A stretch of 64,000 nt of DNA from a virus, in the IMG/VR virus record IMGVR_UViG_3300025276_000030, positions 6,933 to 70,932 of that record; one strand, given 5' to 3'. The translations under genes and the position numbers were made by a program. Under the pieces are notes generated by a model that was given only the letters and a program-made list of their open reading frames with translations, searched no databases and had not been told where the DNA came from. Position 1 is the first letter of the stretch. The number at the start of each line of letters is the position of its first letter. Below, piece by piece: positions 11,101 through 20,400 of this stretch.

Positions 11101-13589
11101 GATCCAATACCTAATCTACCATTAGCTTTTAAAACCATTCTAATAGATGGAGCTTGTCTTGCTGATGTAGATGTCTTAAATTCTATTCTACCGTTAAAGT
11201 TACCATCATCGGTAGCTTTTATTTCAGCTGTATTCCATATATATGATAGGTTAGCAGCGTAACCGCTTCTAAAAGCTAATACTCCTCCTCCATTAGCATA
11301 AAAACCACCAATAGTAAGGGTGTTAGTTGCCATATGATCTCCAACTTGAAGCTTACTTACAGGATTAGGTGTTCCGATACCTACGTTACCGTTAGAACCG
11401 GTTATAAAAATATCATTTGAAGTTCCGTCTCTCCCTACTCTAATTGAGCGGGTAGCTGAATTAGAACCGAATACTGAAATACCACTAGCGTCTTTCATCA
11501 ATGCTGTACCACCTTGAACCATTGATGTTCCGTAGATAGTTCCTTGATAGGTAAAGTTCATATTACCGTTAACATCTGATGTCCACGTGTGAGTTTTTAA
11601 ACCACTCCCGTAATATTGTCTCCAGTTTACTGTTGTTCCTCCGTTAGAAGCTCCGTCGTTAAAATGAATATAGTGGTTACCAGCAGAATCATAAGCATCG
11701 TAATACAAATGCCCTTTATAGTGATTTTGTGCACTGGTAAATGTAATTGCACCTGTAGCTGTGTCTGTTGTGTCGCTTCTTAAAAATGATGTTGAGTTTA
11801 TTCCGTCTAGTAACATTGCATTAGAAGCAGTAGTTGCTGTTGCTGCTGTTTGTGCTGCTAATCCAGAGGTTGGGCCATCATTACCTGCATGCCAGTATTT
11901 ACTTCCAGCATTGTCACTGCTTCCTTTCCATAAATCACCATCTGGTCCCATAACGGCGACGCTGCCACCTGCTCCAGAACCAAAATAAACTCCTCCAGTT
12001 CCATCATAATAGTTCAGATATGTAGCAGAAGCTCCTATTGCAGCATCTAAATGTAAATTACCATTTGTAGTTCCTATAGAAGCAGCATCTGCAGTAGAAT
12101 TATTAGAGTCATTACCAATGATGAGAGATTTAGACCATGTTGAGTTTGGTCCTATAATAATTTTATGGGTACTAGCTAATGTTAAATCTCCGTCTAAATT
12201 TAAAGAGCCTGTAAAGTCGTGATTATCACCTGATGTATCTCCAAATTTAGTTGACCCTGATTCGTATAGTATTGAAGCACTTACTAGTTCACTTTTGAAT
12301 TGCTGTGCTGTGATTGTACCGGTTACTGATAAGTCTCCTGTAATTGATGTTGATTTATCTATAGTTACAGATGTCTGAGCATGTATTTCTATGGTTCCAG
12401 TATTGTGAAGATATCCCAACCAACCGGCGTTGTTAGCAGCCGCATCACCAAACATATAATAAGCGTCAGTTGTGGATGATTGTTGTACTATAGATCTTGT
12501 AGTTCCTTTAACATGTAAAAAGGTAGTTGCATCGTAAGGTGCTCCTGTAGTACCTGGACCTAGAGATAGTACTCCTGTTAGTTTAGCTGTACCTGCTTGT
12601 AAATAACCATCTACAACTGAAGAGCTTCCTGTGGACTTTACTATTCTAACTCCTTTATATTTACCACCTGCAGAACCATTGTTATTTTGTTGGCCGATCA
12701 ACATTACTTTATCGTTATAAGTACTTGCTGTTGTTTCTAGGGTAAAATGAAAAGACTGTGACCAGTCATCACCAGCTGTACCACCTTGGAATATCCATCT
12801 ATTACTAGAGTTTCTAAACCAAGTATAACCGCTATGGTCTACTAAGTCTAGACTGTTGTAATCGTTTGCATTATATAAATGACCAGTCATTTGAATGTTT
12901 GCTGCTGCGTTTATATAATTGCTGAATTGTTTTACTCCTGAAATAACTTCGTTTCCAGTTAAAGATACCTTGGTGGCATCAGTACCAGTAACACCTGTTA
13001 AGCCTGCTCCAGATCCAGTAAAAGAAGTTGCTGTTACTGTTCCTGTAAAAACTCCTCCAGTAGTTGATATTGTTAATTGAGTATTAGAATTTGTCGTTCT
13101 TCTTAATATAAGGTCCTCATCGTAAGATGATACGAGACCGGTATCTACAGTAAGACTTTTGTTAAAGTAGTTTGTTGGTCTGTCTGTACCAAAATGATTG
13201 TAACTAGCATTTGCTGGTCCCATTTCTGCATACCCATATAAGGTTTGAACCCTAAATTGCCCATTATTAGCTTGTGATAGGTATTCTGTTGCTGTAGTAT
13301 TTCCATTTAACGTTATGTTACCTGCAAAAGATGCGTTTTGTGATGCATCTAAACCTAAAGCTTCAGTACCAACTGTAAAAAACTTCATTGTTGAACCAAG
13401 AGATTCAGCTCTTAATTCTACGTTATCTCTATCAGAAGAATTTAATATTAATTTAGCCCTGATGGTTCCCGCATCAGTTAAGAAAATATTATCTTCAGCT
13501 GAAATATTTCCTGTAGTAATTAGAGACCCAGTGATCTCAGAGTTAGCAAGGGATTTATATCCCTTCCTCATTAAAAATTCATTTGCCAT
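5109..13589 (-). CDS. Long tail fibre/adhesin (2826 aa) with C-terminal intramolecular chaperone (peptidase S74)
   Basis: About 11 GxVGIG repeats, LDGxxSxxFLR repeats, knob-like segments; C-terminal SDSRLKENIKPI...GVIAQEVEEVLPELV...VDYQKL and a coiled coil. Confidence 0.9.
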   Translation of the reverse strand: MANEFLMRKGYKSLANSEITGSLITTGNISAEDNIFLTDAGTIRAKLILNSSDRDNVELRAESLGSTMKFFTVGTEALGLDASQNASFAGNITLNGNTTATEYLSQANNGQFRVQTLYGYAEMGPANASYNHFGTDRPTNYFNKSLTVDTGLVSSYDEDLILRRTTNSNTQLTISTTGGVFTGTVTATSFTGSGAGLTGVTGTDATKVSLTGNEVISGVKQFSNYINAAANIQMTGHLYNANDYNSLDLVDHSGYTWFRNSSNRWIFQGGTAGDDWSQSFHFTLETTASTYNDKVMLIGQQNNNGSAGGKYKGVRIVKSTGSSSVVDGYLQAGTAKLTGVLSLGPGTTGAPYDATTFLHVKGTTRSIVQQSSTTDAYYMFGDAAANNAGWLGYLHNTGTIEIHAQTSVTIDKSTSITGDLSVTGTITAQQFKSELVSASILYESGSTKFGDTSGDNHDFTGSLNLDGDLTLASTHKIIIGPNSTWSKSLIIGNDSNNSTADAASIGTTNGNLHLDAAIGASATYLNYYDGTGGVYFGSGAGGSVAVMGPDGDLWKGSSDNAGSKYWHAGNDGPTSGLAAQTAATATTASNAMLLDGINSTSFLRSDTTDTATGAITFTSAQNHYKGHLYYDAYDSAGNHYIHFNDGASNGGTTVNWRQYYGSGLKTHTWTSDVNGNMNFTYQGTIYGTSMVQGGTALMKDASGISVFGSNSATRSIRVGRDGTSNDIFITGSNGNVGIGTPNPVSKLQVGDHMATNTLTIGGFYANGGGVLAFRSGYAANLSYIWNTAEIKATDDGNFNGRIEFKTSTSARQAPSIRMVLKANGRLGIGSSSPQSLLDVGAIVHIDQDGTYGGSYGMVGFGGKTNGFNRVFGHTSTGDGLFLASATGRGIFFRPNGSTGDAVTITAGGLMGIGTTTPTSTLSVHRANSRISANSTADGQQIGFEAKYLTHATLKGTFLYSTGNATLDIANHFAGNNGVYSDIYFKNTNNGSGTLQTRMTIKGSSGNVGIGTISPSAKLEVYGSGSTVFEVNGSQGQLFSITDSLSGSLFSVSDISGTPLLEVESDSTVTLGDYNTNALVVTGSLVGMGIAVPTAKLHVQDLIANGSTGADLGPLVRISKGASPIGKIRYDTVVIETNDVATIRIGESDGTVSSISVGDNNMRINSTDPIKFYTNGTTTGEAHGGQGGTLALTIANNQSAQFTAGVSATTFTGALTGNATGAFLLRNDGSGITTQRGDGTVAYPYALNSTTTGLFAATDNANSILTLSRHPGNYYSQLGFSSNGNLYYRKFANTAINTTQVWKTVAFTDSNITGNAATATNADKLDNLDSTEFLRLASNNLASGVNSFSNSYNEFGNGYASVSNDGGWNGRVNVAGSSHARLDVKSVSDGIITSMYSHTGHAAGKVGTMSNHPLSFIINGNIKATLTAAGNLTATTFTGALTGTATNATSASHAIFANTAATANAVTLGSLIVDGKLVLDLPSNSTERGPWNPIVTSVRNSGRRLYGDEEFRVGSNGTGVYNNSGGAGVVITREADSTTLGASAPNSSGIVLKIVHNGAATSPGHGGFINTIPSQDNQTFVQIFQAKLGTGRSLVIAENAQGSNNTSYWLTNTAGTGKWEWYARVSHCGDSGTFNGGGHVYVSGGSSTFTWYLASTSVYNVTDARKGGKFELPVAMTATGLANAATLSIDNPSSSTFIHSLEAFAANNAANQNHILVVGKSGTTKNSGYIGYKWAADASNTNVLTFGHWGSDNLMNITGDGKVGIGTVAPGEKLDVIGDIRTNRRYLIATGTANENMAIGYWDSATARIEAGSSHPMLITSYQGNINLGISGGTTMVVQSGKVGIGTNAPAGPLNINIGTGGSNGKMALRIGGTSNYASLELGVIGAYGGMLRSYGNDLHYYSGHWRTIGAVATEHHSHYWYTSRSGSADWSNVKMELSENGNLGVGIISNDHRLRVDGRTQTTTLKVGLDTSTGNGEQIYDGYVNGSSAYLHEPRVIIRNDSSATGAIDQATLGLSIFNINGTDSTWSKLSFATRETPSAGNTVSIAGIAAQKTAGVNGGWATGDLHLYTKAGPLHVTNMVLKSTGKVGIGTATPGARLHVVSTVPTTAIFDTTSSSYGAMNVFKAQGVTKGNAGYNSGAMYFGGESGTNTIIQSGGQTGIFVDKSTRNVGIGIASAFNKLQVGSNTFTGANGMYTNGRVGISNHGTLTGMMLASTYNDAAHPEYGLVFVQGPSTSAYNVWSISPDGPAKGSSLNFHWQAQSTNIHAPSNAKVTFEGSTGNVGIGTSSPSAKLDVYGSGSTIVDIQGSQGQLFSVTDDLTGDLLNISDISGIPIFSVNASGTSSFDGSVGIDGTATINTPVVGSSNKIRFGNDDFIRFTDSANRFHFDSDGSTNNASVQAGTFFGALSGNATTATSASHASTAATTTTFGGQASNYFHSQASTGLAGVNRITGISNFNNSLPSGFYQSDTASNMPGSSWHNMLNVRHSNNGNDHGFQQSMSYYNENLFTRTYSGGTGNNDGTFTAWAKQWSDRNDGASSGLDADKLDGVEGASYLRSDAADSFTGTLTMGTQKALIANNYGRGVYGLYSSTRYQHIWSMGAAYNLTDDGSGSGNLYGLAFTHTNINGQSKAGLGHQMLILENGSTTSAIGNGMWTNGGYTVQNSYGSGKFGLYYGSMMLDGGTAAGTYYIGEPSRTTAQNLVVGGAISAEGDITAFLSSDSRLKENIKPIENSLEKINKLNGVTFDWIKLTKEEQDTKFQYKEGSDIGVIAQEVEEVLPELVTTRKSGYKAVDYQKLTAVLIEAMKEQQVQIDELKSTVNKLQKNA

Positions 13590-13597
13590 ATTACTGT

Positions 13598-13635
13598 TCT
13601 TTTTTCACTGTCCAAAAGAGACTCATGTATAAATA
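13598..13635 (-). promoter_or_regulatory. TATTTATA motif plus leader hairpin of the 2826-aa fibre gene
   Basis: TATTTATA at 13628-13635; hairpin UCUUUU-GGACAGUGAA-AAAAGA at 13598-13619. Confidence 0.5.
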
Positions 13636-13652
13636 TGGAGTAAAACTTAATA

Positions 13653-13772
13653 CTAGCCCAAGCTAGAAGAGTATTCTTGTGCTGCAGCGAGAGTATTGAA
13701 TAGTGCTACATCTAAACTATCTTTTCTTACAAAGTAGTTACTGTTCTCTATATCGGATATTATATCAATCAT
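13653..13772 (-). CDS. Small hypothetical protein (39 aa; not in the ORF track)
   Basis: MIDIISDIENSNYFVRKDSLDVALFNTLAAAQEYSSSLG*; its start overlaps the upstream stop and it fills the intergenic gap. Confidence 0.5.
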   Translation of the reverse strand: MIDIISDIENSNYFVRKDSLDVALFNTLAAAQEYSSSLG

Positions 13773-14547
13773 TGCTTACGTACCATACATGTTCTTCTGC
13801 TACTTTTTCAGTACCATCCCAACAATCAGTTATACACCTAGTAGTATTATACCCGGTAGAGTTATGAACATAGGATATTGCATGTCTACCACTTCCTCCA
13901 GTTATTACTGGTTCTCCATTTCCTGGATCGTCTCCTGAGTTAGCTTGAGCGAACCCTATATTGTTTGGTGTTGCTGACCAACCGTTTAGTAGTCTGGTTG
14001 ATCCCTGGTTAGCACCGTTTATTGACATAGTTACATATCCATTCATTTGTCCCCAACGTCCGCTTATATCACCAGGCTTAAAAGCATCTACAAAACCAAT
14101 ATTACTATCAAATTCTATTTCTGTTTTGTGTGCAGTTAGGGTAGATAAAGCAACTGAGCTTCCTGTATTATAGGATTGTACTTGTTTTTGCCAGGTTACT
14201 CCTTTTTTTGGTAACCAGTATTCAAAATTAACTTTATTTACTATTGAACCCATTACTCCAGCATCGGCGTAAGGTGCTACTGTTCCATCATATGTTGCAT
14301 AAGAGGAAGATAGTGTAGATGAAGCTACTTGTCCAGTACCTAAAAGAGCATAGGATGGTCCACCAAATTGTTGATATACTGCTTGCCAGTTTTTCCCACC
14401 ATCTGTTTTACAGTGAACTTTAGCAGGTGTTGAATTTGGTCCATTAGGATGTAGATGGTATATTCCATCTGGTATTTGCGGAGAGATTACCTTTAACTCC
14501 GTAAACGTTTTACATTCTCTCCCTTTAGGACCTGCTGCTACACCCAT
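13765..14547 (-). CDS. Fibrinogen/intelectin-like N-terminal motif lectin-like protein
   Basis: C..F.ELK...PDGIYHLHP...KVHCKTDGGKNWQAV resembles the FReD N-terminal subdomain; the rest is divergent. Confidence 0.65.
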   Translation of the reverse strand: MGVAAGPKGRECKTFTELKVISPQIPDGIYHLHPNGPNSTPAKVHCKTDGGKNWQAVYQQFGGPSYALLGTGQVASSTLSSSYATYDGTVAPYADAGVMGSIVNKVNFEYWLPKKGVTWQKQVQSYNTGSSVALSTLTAHKTEIEFDSNIGFVDAFKPGDISGRWGQMNGYVTMSINGANQGSTRLLNGWSATPNNIGFAQANSGDDPGNGEPVITGGSGRHAISYVHNSTGYNTTRCITDCWDGTEKVAEEHVWYVSND

Positions 14548-14552
14548 AATTC

Positions 14553-14891
14553 TTATTCAGGTATTTCATTTACTGACCATTCTTCAGTGGATAGTAATGT
14601 TAAAATGTCTGCATGTCCGTACTCTGTATAGTCTACGCTATAGATTGCTGGTCTACCGTATGTTCCTGCTTCAAAAGAAGATGTTATAAAGGAACCGCTA
14701 TTTTCAAAGTCTTCATGGTACTCTTCGTACGATGCAGTTATTATATTAACATCGTATTTTATAAATGTTTGTGTTCCATCTACCGATAATCTTAGGTTAT
14801 CTGCAGAGGATTGATGTACTTCGTTAAAGTCTATTGAACCTGTGATTGTTATAGGAACTACAAGCCATCTTCTGTTTGGAAATCTACTCAT
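14553..14891 (-). CDS. Hypothetical tail-cassette protein
   Basis: 112-aa ORF (IDFNEV...LRLSVDGTQTFIKY...ILTLLSTEEW) preceded by TATTTATA at 14908-14915. Confidence 0.65.
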   Translation of the reverse strand: MSRFPNRRWLVVPITITGSIDFNEVHQSSADNLRLSVDGTQTFIKYDVNIITASYEEYHEDFENSGSFITSSFEAGTYGRPAIYSVDYTEYGHADILTLLSTEEWSVNEIPE

Positions 14892-14916
14892 TGTTATGTT
14901 AGTTTATTATAAATAG

Positions 14917-16065
14917 TTAAATATTAAACCTATCTCTATAAGCACTAAAGTTTTGTGCTACTTCTTGTGTTGTTAATGCTTTCGAATAAATCCTCATAAT
15001 AGGTATATCTCCGTTAAATGCATAAGCGCCTCCAGCTGACCACCATCCTACTTTAAATCCATCACTGAAATCAGCTGTTCCAGTTACAGCTCTAGTTCCT
15101 AAGCTTATATTGTCTTGGAATACCTTTAAAGTAGTACCGTCATATGTTATAGCCCAATGATGCCATCCACTTGTAGCTCCAGCTGTGTGATAAAATTCTC
15201 CTAAGGTTCCACCGTGTTTGTACCTCCAACTGTAAGCGCCGTATTTATAGAATTCAGTGTTTGTTCTATTTGCTATGGGCATTTTATGAGTTTGACCTGG
15301 ATTTTCTACCCATTCAAATGTGTATTGAGATACTGTTCCAAAGTTGGTGGTTATGTCAATAAAGTCGTTTGTACCATCAAAAGTCATATGAGCACTACTA
15401 TCAAAGGATACGTTAGTTAAGTCTATACTGCTTTGTTTAGTAATATCTAATAGTGAACCTGATGTTGATCTTGTAGCAGCCCGATTTACATAGGGAACAA
15501 CTGTATTAGTCTTTGTTAATGTTGGTCCGCTTAAATAGATTTTTTTATTAGCTGTTAAACCAGTAAAACCAGCTAAAGCAATTGCTGCAGAAGATCCAGT
15601 TCTTGTTCTAGAAACTCTATACCATCCATTTCCACAGTCCGTTACAGTTCCTCCAGCAGAACCGTCAGAACTAGGGTAATACAGGTAAACTTGCATTGCT
15701 GTAATTACTTCTGGAATCTCATATCTCATGTAGCAAGAAAAAGTCCATACAGTAGAATTATCACTGAGTGATATATCGGCATTACCGTTAAAGTAAACGT
15801 TTCTACTAGCCCCAGGTGTCCATAAGACAGTTTCATATCCACTATATTTTAAACTCTCATCTGTAATGACTGTATACCCTATATTACCTACACTTTGATT
15901 ACCACCATCTCCGTGCCAAGCGGCACCTGATAGTATAGTGTTTGTAGTTGGTTGACCTTGATTATATATGGACCTAGAATTACCATTAAAAGATGGCGAA
16001 TACCCTGTATCATATGCAAATGCTAAACCAGATCTTGTGATATTTGAACCTCTATGTATTCCCAT
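14917..16065 (-). CDS. LamG domain protein with inserted carbohydrate-binding-like domain
   Basis: GLAFAYD at the N-terminus; insert WTFSCY...GNGWYRVSRT; C-terminal FDGTNDF...WHHWAITYDG...IYSKALTTQEVAQNF. Confidence 0.75.
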   Translation of the reverse strand: MGIHRGSNITRSGLAFAYDTGYSPSFNGNSRSIYNQGQPTTNTILSGAAWHGDGGNQSVGNIGYTVITDESLKYSGYETVLWTPGASRNVYFNGNADISLSDNSTVWTFSCYMRYEIPEVITAMQVYLYYPSSDGSAGGTVTDCGNGWYRVSRTRTGSSAAIALAGFTGLTANKKIYLSGPTLTKTNTVVPYVNRAATRSTSGSLLDITKQSSIDLTNVSFDSSAHMTFDGTNDFIDITTNFGTVSQYTFEWVENPGQTHKMPIANRTNTEFYKYGAYSWRYKHGGTLGEFYHTAGATSGWHHWAITYDGTTLKVFQDNISLGTRAVTGTADFSDGFKVGWWSAGGAYAFNGDIPIMRIYSKALTTQEVAQNFSAYRDRFNI

Positions 16066-16069
16066 TTTA

Positions 16070-17284
16070 TTAACTTAAATTAAACCTGGATTTATATGCT
16101 CTGTAATTACTGTTAATTTCTAATTCTGTTAATGCTTTGTTGTATACTCTAGCTATAGGTATATGTCCATCCATATATCTTTCGTTAGGAAAATATCCTA
16201 TTGTTTTAGCACCAAGACTATATGGGCTAAATGTTGTAAACGTATAGTACCCATCATCTTCTCCATTTACATACCAACAACACTTTGTACCCTTCCATAC
16301 CCAAGCAATATGATAGTATTGACCAGCGGATAAAGATGTGTTAGCATATTGCCAACTATTTGATGAAGTCCAATAAGTCATTTTCCAACCACTTCCACTA
16401 TTTCTTATTTCATGGTAACTATGTCTGTTACCTGTTGCTACTCCACCAAATATAGAATAAGAATTATGACTACCAGATAAGTCGTCCATATAAATAATGG
16501 CTTCTAAAGTAGAACCTCCCATTGCTTCTAAATTTAAATCAAAAGGTTGAAGATAATCGTCGGTTCCGTCAAAAACAGGTTGACCTGTTGAATCAAAGGA
16601 TATATTACTTACATCTATTCCTGTATTTCCTTTTAAATCTATTAAACTATTTGTATTCGTTCTACTACCGTTAACAAATGGTGTTTCATGTGCTTTTACC
16701 TCTACCTGTACATTTGATACTTCTATAAAAGAATTTACTCCAGGCACTCCATTATTATACCACAATGTAAAACCTATATGACCTGATGGTGAGTTAGCTG
16801 TTCCTGAATTACCTATTGTTCCGCTCCAAGTGATGTGTTCCGTAGTTGTAGTGGATTTTTGTATTCTTTCACTGGCTGCTGAATAACCTAAATATCCTCC
16901 AGCACCACTACTATTTGTATATGTATTTACTTGACCCATCATTACCCAGGCAAATGTACCGGGGCTAAGGTCAGGTACTTCTACTGTAGCTGATATTGTA
17001 ACAGGTTGTCCTGTGTATGCACGTAAATCCCAAGTAAATGATCTCCAACCTTGACCAGGATTAGCATTGAAATTGCTTACATTGAATCTAAATTTTTTAC
17101 TAGATGAATCAAGTACAGTATTAGCTCCTGTCCAACCTCCTTGGGATGGGGAATCTGATGAGTAATTAACTGTAGGTTCTCCTAGGTATTTGCTATAGTT
17201 AAATGTATTATCATCTACCGTAGTTTTTCCTGTGTCAAAGCCTGCTACTAATCCGTTTGTATGTATTTTAGGCCCTGCTCCCAT
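16070..17284 (-). CDS. LamG domain protein with inserted beta-sandwich domain
   Basis: GPKIHTNGLVAGFD...GEPTVN...NVQVEVKAHETPFVNGSR...FDGTDDY...YYHIAWVW...VYNKALTELEINSNY. Confidence 0.75.
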   Translation of the reverse strand: MGAGPKIHTNGLVAGFDTGKTTVDDNTFNYSKYLGEPTVNYSSDSPSQGGWTGANTVLDSSSKKFRFNVSNFNANPGQGWRSFTWDLRAYTGQPVTISATVEVPDLSPGTFAWVMMGQVNTYTNSSGAGGYLGYSAASERIQKSTTTTEHITWSGTIGNSGTANSPSGHIGFTLWYNNGVPGVNSFIEVSNVQVEVKAHETPFVNGSRTNTNSLIDLKGNTGIDVSNISFDSTGQPVFDGTDDYLQPFDLNLEAMGGSTLEAIIYMDDLSGSHNSYSIFGGVATGNRHSYHEIRNSGSGWKMTYWTSSNSWQYANTSLSAGQYYHIAWVWKGTKCCWYVNGEDDGYYTFTTFSPYSLGAKTIGYFPNERYMDGHIPIARVYNKALTELEINSNYRAYKSRFNLS

Positions 17285-17457
17285 TACGTGCTAATTACTT
17301 TATAAGTACGGGTACTGTCAATTGCTCTTAACTCTACAATACGTGCAGTAGCTTCCTCTTCTGTAGAGAAAGATTCTATATTATCTGCTTCTGTTAACTT
17401 TTCTACCCAAACTTGGTTTGAATTACTAGTATACTGTTTTAATATTTTCCAAGCCAT
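17284..17457 (-). CDS. Small hypothetical protein (57 aa; not in the ORF track)
   Basis: MAWKILKQYTSNSNQVWVEKLTEADNIESFSTEEEATARIVELRAIDSTRTYKVIST*; fills the gap exactly, with a TAATG overlap. Confidence 0.7.
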   Translation of the reverse strand: MAWKILKQYTSNSNQVWVEKLTEADNIESFSTEEEATARIVELRAIDSTRTYKVIST

Positions 17458-17459
17458 AA

Positions 17460-20400
17460 TTACAATGATCTAACTAATGTTTTAATATTCCAATTGTTTG
17501 TTGTAGTAGCTGCTTTAAGTCTCATATTACCGCCTGAGATATCTACAGTTAATACAACTCCGGAAGTTACTCCTATACTATCTGATGAGTTATCTGTAAA
17601 CTCAACCGAGCCTGCTACATTTACTGCCATTACTGTTCCTATTCTAGCATTAGAGCCACTTACGCAAGTATAGTCGAAGAATGCTCCTGTGTATGAACCT
17701 GTACTCACTGTCGCTATTACTTCTGCTGCTGAAGAATCTACATCTGTATTCTGATGATAAGATATATTAGCAGAGACGATTTGAACGTGACCTTCACCAG
17801 TTACTTTAAATAAATCTGTTCCGCTAGTATTTTCTATTAGGAGTCCAGCATCAACACTATTAGTTCCTGCTCTAACTCTTAATCCGTAACTCTGTCCACC
17901 AGTCGTACTACCATCTAATCTTGCAGCAAATACATTATTATTACCCTTTACTTGTAATATATCACCAGTATCAGTTCCTGTGTTAACAAATAATTGTCCA
18001 CTTCCACTTATATCACCTACTACATGTAGAGCACCTGAGTTATTAAATCTTGCTTTCTCAGAACCATTATACTTAATTACCAACGGATGATACCCTGAAG
18101 GTGCGTTTAATATTAATCCAGTACCTGTTTGCTGTAATGTAGTTATAGCAGCAACACCTGATCGTTTAATCCCAATAGTGTCATCTACTGTTAACTTATT
18201 TGTAGGTGAAGTCGTCCCAATACCAACGTTGCCGTTATTAAGAATAGTCATTCTACTATTAGCTAATGTTGCAGAATCATTGTTATTAGAACCGTTGTTA
18301 GCAAAATGTAATTTACCTAAGCCATTAGCAGCTGTTCTTTCAAAAAATATTCCACCTTTTGCTCTTAGGGCAGAATCACCTTCTCCTGACTCAGCTCTTA
18401 ACAATATTCCAGCAGTACTTCCTATCGTATCAGAAGCTCCAGTAACCAAAACCTGTGAAGCACTTGCTCCACCGGGACCTTCAATGTGAAGTTTCTTTTG
18501 TGGCGTAGGCGTACCAATACCAACGTTGCTTTGGTTTGTTATAGTTAAAGCTTGAACAACACCTCCACCGGTTGCGCCTACTTCAAAATTAAAACCACCT
18601 CTGTTTACAGCTGCGTTAGGAATTGCATTTGTTTTAAATGTCATTAGACCGTAACCATTATTAGCATCAGTACTACCTTCAACTAAATTAAATCTAACTT
18701 GTGGATCTCTAACAGATATATCAAGTTTTGTGTCTCCAGGGTTTTCCCTTCCTTCAATTCTTATTTGAGGAACATCTACATTGTTAGCATTGTCAGATAT
18801 ATGTAATAAAGCAGCTGGTGTTGGTGGAGTAGCCCAATGTGATATTGCTAAATACTTATTAGTACCATCATACCAAAGACCTGGATTAGTAACTACAGTC
18901 GTTCCAAAACCAATGTCTCCATCTCTTGTAATACGCATTTTTTCCGTATTACCAACTCCTGCTTTGTATGTTTTAAATGATAAGTCTCTACCTACTACAC
19001 TATTAGCATTGTTATAGCTTACTGTTATATTAGCATCACCGTTATTAAACGTTAAATTACCTCCGTTTCCGCCATGCAGGTTTATGTTACCGCTGACATC
19101 TAGTTTGTTTATATCTAAAGTATTTCCAATACCAACGTTACCGCTAGAATGAATACGCATTTTCTCGCCGCCGTTATTGTAAAATCTTGTGTATTTAGCT
19201 CCAAGAGTAACAAGATCTACTCCTCCTGAGTGGGAATATAATTCACCTTGCTGCGTACTACCAGAACTAAGACCTATATACCCACCTGCTGTACCGCTTA
19301 TGTCTAGAACTCTGTAAGTTCCTATTGTTCTTGGTGTTGCTCCTATACCAACGTTACCATTAGTATCAATTAACATTTGAGTTGACCCAGCTTTATTAAT
19401 CAAAAAATTGTTAGCTCCAGTTCCAGCAAAGTTTCTATCTAATACAAAGTTATGAGCACCGTTTCCGTCCGAATCATTAGTAGCGTTAATGGTATTGGTA
19501 TTATCATCTACTTGTAGTGTAATTCTTTCTTGTGCGTTTCTACCAACATTTAAATAACCACTACTTGTACCGCTGTAAATTTCAGCATTACCAGCTACTG
19601 ATAGTATTTCACCAGCACTATTAGTCCCAATACCGACATTGCCTCCAAAAGGATTTATATGTAGCTGTCCAGATGTTGTTGCATTACCAACTACTTGCAT
19701 AGTGTAATTTGCAGTTCCTTGTGCTGTTGATATGATGAAATCATTTGTTGCACCGCTTCTACCGTTAATCCTAAATGCTACAGAACCACTTGATGCAGAT
19801 CCTAAATCCTGTGCACTCCATGATTGTAGACTATTAATATGTAGTCTTTCAAAATTAGATATACCTGCACTTGTTGAGTTTACTGATCCTAAAACTTTTA
19901 AGGATCCTGTAAAGTCGTGTATATCGTCTGATGTATTTCCAAATTTAGTAGATCCTGATTCATATACTATCGAAGCACTTACTAATTCTGTATGGAACTC
20001 TTGTGCTGTTAGTATTCCTGCTACAGTTAAGTCTCCTGCTATTTCAGTATCACCACCAGAATTTACTCTAAAGTAATGTCCTGAGGCATTCTCTGCTCTA
20101 ATAGCGTATCCACTATCTTCTCTAATATCTAACCTTGCTCCTGCTGAAGTATTGTTAAGCATTAGGTTACCACTAGCATCTATTCTTACTGTTTCGTCTC
20201 CAGCAGTCATTGTAGCACTGTTATGGAAAGTTACAATACCTGAACCTCCGGGACCTATTCTTGTCTCAGATCCTGTTGATTTAATTATTACATTTCCACC
20301 TTTTCTGAAGACTCCGTTATTCTGTATGTCACCTGCTACATCAAATTTGTAGTCCGGTGATCTTGTACCTATTCCTACATTACCTCCACTTCTTAAGAAA

